From positions 34,694 through 98,693 of the forward strand of contig CBFFSA010000031.1 of the NCBI GenBank assembly GCA_965644495.1: a stretch of DNA of 64,000 bases, in the 5' to 3' direction. The stretch is from Perkinsela sp. CCAP 1560/9 (lineage: Eukaryota; Protista; Euglenozoa: Kinetoplastea). The translations under genes and the position numbers were made by a program. This document shows, piece after piece, positions 1-9,212 of the stretch. The notes under the pieces are model-generated. The model saw only the letters and a list, made by a program, of their open reading frames with translations. It was not told where the DNA came from and did no database searches. Each line of letters begins with the position of its first letter. Positions within the stretch are counted from its first letter, which is position 1.

Positions 1-809
1 GTACTCAACGAAGTGCCGGATTTTCGTTGAGTACTCAACGAACGGAAATTCACGGTGGAAATCAAGGACTTTTGCATAAGTCAAGGACTTTTGTGGAACA
101 TCCAAGAATTTTTTTTTGATTTTCATTTTCCGTGCGTTCAGTATCCTACACTTCGCTATATACGTTGACAACGCCTGCGTAGCGAAAACTACGAAATTCA
201 GTGAGCTTCGCAAATTGCTTCCCACTAACGACGCACAGGGGAACCCTACGCGGGGTACGGCTCAGGCCCGCTCACGCGGGCCCTCGCCGTTTCGCGGCCG
301 CGCGCACCCCCGCTCACGCGGGGGCCCCCGCGCGGCCAAAATGGGTACTAAAATTTGTTATCAAGGTAGTTGGGCTTCGCAAATTGCTTCCCACGAATGG
401 ATACTAAAATTTGTTATCAAGGTAGTTGGTCAAGATTATCAAGATTATCAAGTAGTTATCAGTTAGGCCTTTCTTCCTCCTCCCTCTAAGGTCCTGCAGA
501 TTTTTTACGGTCACAGGGTACGTTCGTTGAGAAATCAACGAACGTACCCCCAAGCCAAAATGTGAAAGAAAACGGAAAGTCAGAATTCAGACAAAAAAAC
601 AAAAAATTATTGAATTTAAAATGAAATTATATGTTTCATGCAACGTGTTTTCAACAGCCAATGGAAAAATTCGTTCAAAAACAAAAAGTTAAAAAAGTCA
701 AAAAAAGTCAAAAACACCTTCGATGAAGATTCATCGAAAGTGTACAACTTTCGATGTGCTTCATCGAAAGTGTACAACTTTCGATGAAGATTCATCGAAG
801 GTCCCCCCT
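1..809. mobile_element. Palindrome-rich non-coding segment ending in a putative DNA-transposon terminus
   Basis: Several hairpins (e.g. 516-549) and short duplications (346-373/402-429). Three TTCGATG..CATCGAA palindromes lie at 719-799. The last ~45 bp recur at 8905-8949. Confidence 0.35.
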
Positions 810-1842
810 AGCCCGGCGGTCCATGTCTAATTCTAAGCGGTCATGCTCGCTCAGTTTTGAGTCATCTTCCTCCATCCAGTTCTTGCGGGATTTTCTAACT
901 GAGCTCTGACGTCGGATTAAGTTCTGATGTACTGTTGCTAAAGAATCCCTGGGAGAATTTAAAAGTTTGTGCCAGATAGCGGATTTCTCTGATTCTGTCT
1001 TGGCTTTCGGATAAGCACCAATAATCGAGCGAAAAATTGCAACAACGTGTACTGAGAACGAAGAATCAATTAGCGAAAATCTGGGGAGGGGATCTAGGTC
1101 GCACCCATCGTCCGCTGTCTCAAAGCTTTCATTCAGGTCTGAGTTCTTCTCTTCTACGGATTCAACGGAGGGAGTCTTGATTTTGTTAATCTTCACTTCG
1201 TTAATCGACCAAATTTTGATCTTCGCGGATTGCGGAAGGTGAAGAAGACCAGCGGGTCCTTCGCTACCCTCTTTAGGTTTGTATGCAATCGTGAGCTTCA
1301 CTAAACCTCGACGCACCGTTCTCTTGGACACCGCACCTTCACTGGTATATGTCTCTTTCTCATTGAATCCCCATCGTATTTCGCACGTGCTACCCTTTCC
1401 CCAGTCCTTTATGATGTCGAGAACGCGATCCGGCGCCTTGGGAAACCTTCCGCTCGTTGCTAGCTGGTCACCGTCCGTGGACATCGTATCTGAGGTATCG
1501 CTGCCAAAGCTGTCTCGTGAATCGGCATCTGAGCTTACATTCGACGTGCAATCTATTGGAGACAAATATATTTCGGCATCATCGCGTGCTCTGGCCTTGA
1601 TTCGTTCTCGAGGTGGAAAGTCGTACGCTCCATGGTCTGCCCATGATTTCGAAAGTTCCTTCTCACTCGTCACTATTCTGATTCGCGGAATCTTCTTGGG
1701 ATTGGATTGTAAGCTATTCTTCCGATCAGGGTGTGAAAAGTTCACCCCTGGGAGAGTGTTGCCGTGGGGGGTGGACATAATTGTAAGAGTAAGAAAACAA
1801 CAAGCAACAAGGTACAGAAAAGAAAAGAAAACAAGGTACAGA
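810..1842 (-). pseudogene. CRE-like non-LTR retrotransposon family B, 5' fragment (5'UTR and N-terminal region, no RT)
   Basis: ORF 792..1778. Its DPLP..VVAIFRSI..AIWHKLL..PRDSLATV block matches the pre-RT region at ~11810-11970. The 5'UTR matches 17118-17143. Confidence 0.8.
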
Positions 1843-1885
1843 AAAGAAACTCGCGAAATGCAAAAGTTTTTGTTGAATTATAACG

Positions 1886-4800
1886 TTTTTTTTTTTTTTT
1901 TTTAAAGTAATAATTTATAATTCTCAGAAATCAAAATTTCCATTGTACAATTCTTTTCGTAAACTTTTAATAGATAAATAGATAATTTAAGTTTTCTGGT
2001 TTGTTGATTTTTTTGTTGAAGCTTACGCGTCTTTGTAAGCTTATGTATTAAATATATAATTTTACTAAAGTATTAATCTGTTTGACTCAAAAACCATAAT
2101 TTTCTGTTCCATTCGACGCTAAGTATTTGCGGAGTTGCGAGTATACAGCAGCTCCGTTGAGGTCCTGTAATAGAAGTTTAAAGTCGGCCTCTACGGTTTT
2201 TCTATTTTGCACTGTTGCGTCGGCCAAAGCGTAGAGGAGATTTCTTGTTGTTGTGCTCAGTCCTCCGCTGGATAAAACTGGTAGGCACTGAAATGCTCCT
2301 GATGAAATTAGTCCGCTTGCGACATAATGTCCATGTTTTCGTTCTGTGGCTTCCTTCATTAGTTTCGAGCAATTAGAGTTGATGTGCGACGGAGAAAGGT
2401 CATGGACAACGGTAAGGTCGTAGAAAATTTCCCCGCTGGCCCAGTAAATCAAGAGATCAGGTCCTGATCGATGGAAAGTTCGTCCAGCACATGTTCTTTG
2501 ATGAATGACCTTGTTCTCGTAGTTAACATTTGCGTTGCATGCTTGACACGTCCACATGGTGAAGGCCCGAGGTTCGATCTCACATGGAATTCCAGCCCGA
2601 ATACATAGGTCACCAATGTACTTGACAAGAGCGTTGTGTTTTACGGTTGCGTTGAGTCCGGAGCATCGGACACATCCAGGGATGTGGGTGAGGGCCGTGT
2701 TGCCGTCTAATATAATCTTGCACCCGGGGCAGGTGAGGTTTCGAGGTAATTTGGGATGGACAATTCCAAGTCGCGGCATGATCGTAAGTTCAAAGTTCCG
2801 TGGAGGTACGAGTCTGGTGTTTGACATGAGCCAGTCGTTATTGCCTTTGTATGAGGTAACTTTGAGAATGGCGGCAAGCTTTGGTTCGTGCATGAGTTTT
2901 TCCCAAGTTTTATTGTGCAGCTTAACAGTTTCTGTTATATCGTCTTCGGGAGGTCGTAGTACCGTCATTTTTCTTTCGTGTATGAGATGTTCGGCTTGTG
3001 TCGTAGTCTTCTTCATTGTGTGAGCTCGAGCAGAAAAGGAATTTTGGCGCTCTTGAGCTGCATACTTTGAAGAAGTGTGTGCGGCTTCTCGTAGTGGATG
3101 CGTGGCGGTTAATCCTAGCCCTCCTTTCTTAACTGGCAATCGCGCGATTTCAACCTGTTGATTCTGTAAAGGTCCTAACCAATGTGTCAAAACCCCTTCA
3201 ATTTCTTTGTCAAACTGCGATGTGAGAGCATCTGTGGTACTTGGGTGTTGAACTCTCATCAGATACTGCTGTCGTACATTAACACAACGCGTCAGTATAT
3301 TAAGTGAGACGTTGCTGAGGCCCATTTTCTTAAGCCGTCGGAAGATGTCATCGTGTTTTTGCAACTTTTTGAGTAATTGTTCACTAATGGTTTCATCTTC
3401 TCCAACATAAGCACCTAGGATCTTCGTAACAGTTGTCTCCTCTGCAAGACCGAGCGATGATAGTTTGGCGGGTATCGCATGTCGTGTTTGTCCTCCAAAC
3501 CACACGCACTTTTGCAGTGAGAAGTTCAATTGACGTTCCGACATTAAAGCTTGCAGTCGTATAAAGGCTTTTTCTAATTGGTCTGGATCCGTTGATACGA
3601 GCGTTATGTCATCGATGAACGCAGAGATTTCAATGGTCGGGAACTCCATTGACAGCGTTTCCAATATCGGCTGCAAGAATGCGCAGAAATATAGAGTAGC
3701 CAATGGTGAACCTTGGCGTACCCCGGCAGTGCTAGAAACGATACCTTCCAATTTGCCTCCATGTCCGTAGTACAGCATTTCAGATGCCTCAGAATATTCC
3801 ATAGCAAAGAAACGCTGAAAGGGGCGGAGGGTGCTCATTCCGAATACGTGTTTCGCTATGTCATCTCGACTGGGTGAATTGAATGCGTTCTTTATATCGA
3901 CCGTTAAGATGCAATGTCCACTTGTGTATTTTTCATGTAGCTTGTGAACGATTTTTTCGCAGCCAGCTTTGGATAATATGCCTTACTGCATTGGCTCGAA
4001 TAGACATCCTAAGGTGGCTTCGTAGCGTTGCAGTAATGTAATCCCAGCTAGCTTTCCAAGAACTTCACCCATCGCGACTGGCCTGACGCCTCCATCCGGT
4101 TTCGGAATTGCCACTAGACGAGCGCGATTAATTCGTGTTCGGACTTCTTTAGAGACAAATCCGTTTATCAAGTCCGCGATCATATGACACAAGTTTAGAC
4201 AACACACTTCATCGTCCAATAGGATTCGAATTATACCATCTGTTGTTCCCGTCGGACCGGGGCTAACGCCTTTCGCTAGTCTTCTGCCTGCTTCTCGAAG
4301 TTCATTAGTGGATATTCCCACAATAATGGGAGCGTCATTGGGGACTGTAAAAGTGCAGGCTTTCTGTGGATGAAGGAGCTCTAGTTTTCCTAACGTTTCT
4401 TGATTGGTCAAGGTGTTTGGTTTGAACTTTCTGTCCAGTACTTTCGCAGCCTTTGACACGCAGCCTTCAAGGACCAGTTTCGTCGCTCGCTTGATGGCGC
4501 GTGTGTCGTCAGTCGTGTTCGTATTTTCTGAACTCGTTTCATTCGTTTCCGGCAATGGTCTCCGTCGTCTTTGTCGCTCACTCATTTGTCGTACGTTCGC
4601 TAGTGAGAGTTTCATAGCTGACAGGATTCTATGCCATATCTGATTGCGCTGATCGTAGTTGCTGTCTCCGTAATCGCGTACTATGTTGCGGTATGTTGCC
4701 GTCACGCACGGTATTATTTCAGGGGTGAGAGTGCGCGCTGTGGGTATGGGTTGAAAATCAGTATCTTCATCCGACCAAAATGTGTTTATTTCCCCCATTG

Positions 4801-5283
4801 GATGATGCAACATTTCGAGTTCACTGTTCTTCGGTTCAATGCCATCAATGGGAGGCGGAGCACGATGCCAGAGAATTTTATAGATTCTTACACTTTCTTG
4901 GCTCGGCAACGATCCAGAGAATTCTTCTCCAACTTGATGTCCGTGCACTCCGGTGTACTGTATGAACAATTTTCGAGTTCCTTTTCGAGAATACGTTCTT
5001 GTGACCTTTCCGAGCGCGATGTTCATTTCTTCCTGCCTGTCAAACGCCCACGCTACAGTACAGATCGTTCCTGTTTTTATGTCTTGTAGATGTCTTTGGA
5101 TTTCATCTGGTGGAATCGGAAATTGAGAAACAGGGTCAGTCGTTGTCAGTATTTTGTTTATCTCTTCTGTGCTATAGCCGATGTTGTCTCCAACGTAGCT
5201 GATTCCTCGTGAATTTCCGTCATTCGACGTAATTGAAACATACGCATTGGAAATTTCTTGCGCTGTGGATGGAGTGTGGATCG
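1886..5283 (-). mobile_element. 5'-truncated CRE-like non-LTR retrotransposon family A with poly(A) tail
   Basis: Poly(T) at 1886-1903 on the + strand. TSD ATTATAACGTT at 1877-1887 (last TT overlaps the tail) and 5284-5294. Confidence 0.88.
2087..5283 (-). pseudogene. RT + CCHC + restriction-like endonuclease ORF with one in-frame stop at 3983-3985
   Basis: Motifs SPGPTG, GVRPVAMGE, GVRQGSPL, FIDD, GGLGL, CPGC..H..C, KHN, EPR, GPD, YDLTV. PMQ*G here versus PMQQG in paralogues. Confidence 0.9.
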
Positions 5284-8200
5284 ATTATAACGTTATAACG
5301 CTTTAGAGCGTTGTTGTTTCTGAATTTAAAAGAGATACCTATTTACATTCAGAAATATTTAAATTCGTAAACAGGTATATTCATCAAATTTAGCATTTCA
5401 GAAACACCAACAAAACAAAATCGTTGATTTTTTACATATAAAAAATCCTTTTATGAATAAAATATCTTTTTCATATGAATACGATCTCCATGCGAAGCGA
5501 TCGAAACATGTTAGAACCCAATAAGTAAAACCTATAAATTTACGATTTTGTATGTTGGAGATAATACATCCTTACACTAAATGGTAAGATTTTCTTGATA
5601 AAGAAACTCGCGAAATGCAAAAGTTTTTGTTGAATTATAACGTTATAACGCTTTAGAGCGTTGTTGTTTCTGAATTTAAAAGAGATACATGGCCATGCCT
5701 GTCGCTCTCGTTCCCATGGCGTGAGGGTTCATCTGCTATGTTTTTCTCGGAGCAAATCCAACGGACCTCCTTGAGATAACCAGGTAGGAAAAACACGTGG
5801 TATAACCGGCGTAGCCACTCCATAATTAGCGGGGGTCCTGCCTTCCATTTGGACAGCCATGCCACAACGTTCTTATTATCTGATATCAGTGTACAAGCCT
5901 TGATTTTTCTTTCCTTTACCAGTTTTAAGCCCATCTCTGCTGCGAATAGCTCCTTATATGCAATAGGCTTATCTCTGAGCCAGGCCGCAAAATTTCCAGA
6001 GCGATACTGAAGACTTCCGCCCTGCAGCCATGCTAGTCCCCACCCCTTCTCGGAAGCATCACAATACAATTCAAAGGTACTGGTTTCTCCCCTCTCCAAT
6101 TTTCTAGGGGTGTTTGCCTCCACTCTATCGATTAGCGTAATAAGGCTCGAGATGAATTTCTGGGACATCTGGCATGGTAAATCCCATAAGACTGGCTTAG
6201 CTGCCAATCTGCGTGCTCTCCCCTTCAGCCAATACATCACAGTTGGAAATTCGCACTGAGTAATACCTAACACTCTAGTTGCCCAGAACAGGGTCCCCAA
6301 CACTTTCCAGATTAGTCGGTGCGTCGGCAAGCGATGCTGTTGCGCTAGTAACTTGAATGCCTCGCGTAAGTGTTTTAATTTATCAATAAACTGAACCGGC
6401 AGTGAGAGTTTCTTTTCCTCTAGATTTACCTCAATGCCTAATACTGTGCCCTTACTGGTGGGCTTCGTGGTGACCGCAATTTCGGCGCCAACCTGCTTCG
6501 CACGTTGCAAAGTTTGGCTCAGGTCATCCTCTACATCCTCCTGGCTGGTTCCAAAACGGTAACAATTGTCAATAAAAGTCAGTGGATGTGAATTACTAAC
6601 CGGAAGGTTGTGGATCAAGCTTGTAGCCGCATGACCAATTTTTACCGAAGAATGCCATCCCATGGGCAATGTGGCCCAACCATATGTCCTTCCCTTAATG
6701 CGAACGGCCAAGTAGGGCAGAACATCTTCTGGAAGCCCAAACTGATGGTACCAATTTCTTCCATCCGTCTCCCCGAAGAATTTGTTTTCCAGGACCGCCT
6801 TTTCAATATCCTGCAAGCTCGCTAACGTTAAAGGTCCTGGGACTATAGATTGTATCTCGTTGAGAGGAATCGCATTCAAGATCACACGCATGGTTTTCTT
6901 CTTCGGCTTGGGAATCAAAAATGCTGTCATCCATATTTTTGCGGTTCTCCGTGGGATTCTCTTTATTACCCCGGACCTCACCATCTCCTCCACGAAAGGT
7001 TCCAGCCTCTTCGATTCACCGCGATAACGAGGATCGTAATCCTTCCTCAACAAGCCCTTAAACTTATTCGCGTCCTGCACGAAACCGAATATTTTCTTTT
7101 CTTCTCTCACATCGCTTCCAGTTTTCAGTAGAAGTAGTTCTTCTACATTTACCCGTTTTACATCAATCGGATCGATTGGCCAGTTCTCTTTTCTGGGATG
7201 GTTTCTCTCTCCAAAAAACGTCCTGCGCATAAAACTCGCATAGGTATAGGATACAAAATCACAGAGTATCCTCCAAGGAGAGGTGCCGGCACCGACAGGT
7301 GCGGCGACGCCAGCTCGCCCGTGGTGCTGAGCCGCGTTTAATGAGGACTCTTCCTGAGCCCTATTCCCATACCCGCGTGGCATGAGTAATCGCCCGGGTT
7401 CCTTCCCGGCGCCCTGAATCATGTCGTCCGATTTACCTTGTTTGGTATCCTCCATGTGGGACTTTTTCTTCCCCACAATATTTCTGCGTCTCAGGGGTCT
7501 TTTCTTCCCTTCTTTTGTCGCTTCCACGCCTATGCTCGTGCGATGGGAAACATTCTCACCTAAACTCTTAAATTTCTTGGGAAAATCATCCTTACCTGGG
7601 TAAATAGATAGACTGGTCTCATCACGTGCTTTACCAGTACCATCTCCCGGAAATGTTTCACTAGGTGATTTTCCAGAATCGTCTCGAACAGAAACTCTAA
7701 TAAGGCCCGTTCCATAATTTCCTTGGCTCGGTATGTGTCGAGAACGCCTACCTTGAATCCCTTTCCTACTGGAGCTGTTTCCTTTTGAGGGCTGAGTCTT
7801 ACGCGAAAGCGGAGGCCGGACTTTAAGGTTATGCGACCTCGGTACGGTTTCTCTTTCCGAGGCGAGCTTCGTGCATTTTCTTTCGTAGAAAAGGGCCCGC
7901 GGGAGAGTTTGATCTTTCTCGAGGCGCCTTAATTCCATGTGCCCCCTTTTAAGCCCCCTTGGAGGTGGATTTTCCTGCGCGTATCTCCTTCGCACTCGAG
8001 CGCGCCGGCGGTTCTTCCCATCTCTCCTCGCGATGACGTTAGCCTCGTGAAACCTCATCATTTCACGCTGAGCCTGAAGATATTTCCCCTCGAGGGTATC
8101 AGCTCTAAGAGCCTCCTTCCAGTAGTCGCCAAATTTCCGACCCATTCTGTGTTTTATTCGCAAATAATGTATCACCTCCATAGATGGTTCAATCGAACGC

Positions 8201-8780
8201 ATCGTGATAAACAAACCCGCCCTCGCACGAGAACAGCAATCAGCTAGGTGAGCTGCAATGGTATCAAGCGCCAGATCTAGACTTACGATATCTCTCGATA
8301 CTGATGAGGGATCTGCAGAGTGCCCGAAACACTTTCGCACCTCGTGCCTAAGCTTTCCAATAAGATTCTTTCTATAAAGATCACTGCAAAAATGTTCGAA
8401 CTTCCAATTTTGCGGCTTGAGGAGGATATCGGTCGACAGGTCGTGACAACTAGGGTCATAACTTCCGAATAACTTTTTTGGTGAGCTCACCCCTGAAACT
8501 CGCAATCCAACTCCTGAGATTTCTCCTTCACCATTAGTGTAGCACGCCATGGGCACGGGGGCTGACCCTCGGACGGTTCGATGAAAAGACGGTACTCTAG
8601 GAGTTTCGAGAACAGGACGATGTGTTGTTGTTTCTGAATTTAAAAGAGATACCTATTTACATTCAGAAATATTTAAATTCGTAAACAGGTATATTCATCA
8701 AATTTAGCATTTCAGAAACACCAACAAAACAAAATCGTTGATTTTTTACATATAAAAAATCCTTTTATGAATAAAATATC
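5284..8780 (-). mobile_element. DIRS/Ngaro-related retrotransposon YR1 with split direct repeats and no visible recombinase (repeat B2 continues at 1843-1887)
   Basis: 8624-8780 equals 5310-5466. About 5600-5688 equals 1843-1887 plus 5284-5338. Homologous to the YR-encoding element at 41827-46877. Confidence 0.8.
5653..8556 (-). CDS. Gag-like / RT / RNase H single ORF (967 aa)
   Basis: N-terminus resembles ORF 45960..46745 (HFCSDLYR.NLIG.L.HE.RK.FG). RT motifs FLIPK, ETDG..WYHQF, LPMGW, FIDN. RNase H motifs DAS..GWG, KEL, SDN, NIADEPSR. Confidence 0.88.
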   Translation of the reverse strand: MPMACYTNGEGEISGVGLRVSGVSSPKKLFGSYDPSCHDLSTDILLKPQNWKFEHFCSDLYRKNLIGKLRHEVRKCFGHSADPSSVSRDIVSLDLALDTIAAHLADCCSRARAGLFITMRSIEPSMEVIHYLRIKHRMGRKFGDYWKEALRADTLEGKYLQAQREMMRFHEANVIARRDGKNRRRARVRRRYAQENPPPRGLKRGHMELRRLEKDQTLPRALFYERKCTKLASERETVPRSHNLKVRPPLSRKTQPSKGNSSSRKGIQGRRSRHIPSQGNYGTGLIRVSVRDDSGKSPSETFPGDGTGKARDETSLSIYPGKDDFPKKFKSLGENVSHRTSIGVEATKEGKKRPLRRRNIVGKKKSHMEDTKQGKSDDMIQGAGKEPGRLLMPRGYGNRAQEESSLNAAQHHGRAGVAAPVGAGTSPWRILCDFVSYTYASFMRRTFFGERNHPRKENWPIDPIDVKRVNVEELLLLKTGSDVREEKKIFGFVQDANKFKGLLRKDYDPRYRGESKRLEPFVEEMVRSGVIKRIPRRTAKIWMTAFLIPKPKKKTMRVILNAIPLNEIQSIVPGPLTLASLQDIEKAVLENKFFGETDGRNWYHQFGLPEDVLPYLAVRIKGRTYGWATLPMGWHSSVKIGHAATSLIHNLPVSNSHPLTFIDNCYRFGTSQEDVEDDLSQTLQRAKQVGAEIAVTTKPTSKGTVLGIEVNLEEKKLSLPVQFIDKLKHLREAFKLLAQQHRLPTHRLIWKVLGTLFWATRVLGITQCEFPTVMYWLKGRARRLAAKPVLWDLPCQMSQKFISSLITLIDRVEANTPRKLERGETSTFELYCDASEKGWGLAWLQGGSLQYRSGNFAAWLRDKPIAYKELFAAEMGLKLVKERKIKACTLISDNKNVVAWLSKWKAGPPLIMEWLRRLYHVFFLPGYLKEVRWICSEKNIADEPSRHGNESDRHGHVSLLNSETTTL

Positions 8781-8904
8781 TTTTTTTTTTTTTTTTTTTT
8801 TGCCATATTCCAAATAAAAAATCCGCATGAAATGTTTGAAGATGGGATATTGAAAACTTCCGCGAAAAACGTTTGCGTGAAGATTTGAAAAAATAAAATA
8901 AAAA

Positions 8905-8949
8905 AGGTCAAAAACACCTTCGATGAAGCTTCATCGAAGGTCCCCACTA
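8905..8949. repeat. Second copy of the palindromic terminus seen at 706-809
   Basis: Perfect 26-bp palindrome ACCTTCGATGAAGCTTCATCGAAGGT (8916-8941) followed by CCCCACTA. Confidence 0.6.
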
Positions 8950-8954
8950 CCCAA

Positions 8955-9092
8955 CATCATCTGGTATTTTTATCTTATGTGCCGTCATTACTGTTTTTTT
9001 TGTGTTATCTTGTGTGCTTTTGGCCCGATTTCCGGAGTAACTTCAAAGATTCAGCATTGTAGACTTCCTACCCAATGTTCTTGGGCCATATA
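8955..9092 (-). mobile_element. Severely 5'-truncated 3' end of CRE family B
   Basis: Slightly diverged duplicate of about 9215-9352. Confidence 0.75.
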
Positions 9093-9212
9093 TATAAACT
9101 TTTACAACTTGATAAAATTGATAACCATTGCACATACTCAGTTTCACTTTTTATCTATCTTTATCACCAATGTCTGTCCTAAGATGTTGCAACGTCTTGA
9201 GATTAAAACCAA

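Noticed and set aside
716-801. CRISPR-like palindromic repeat array
   Set aside because: The spacers are identical, there are only three units, there are no cas genes, and the context is eukaryotic.
3983-3985. TAA=Gln alternative genetic code (TAA at Gln positions here and at 34487)
   Set aside because: ORFs of 900-1500 aa have no in-frame TAA/TAG and TAA ends several genes; single C>T changes explain these stops.
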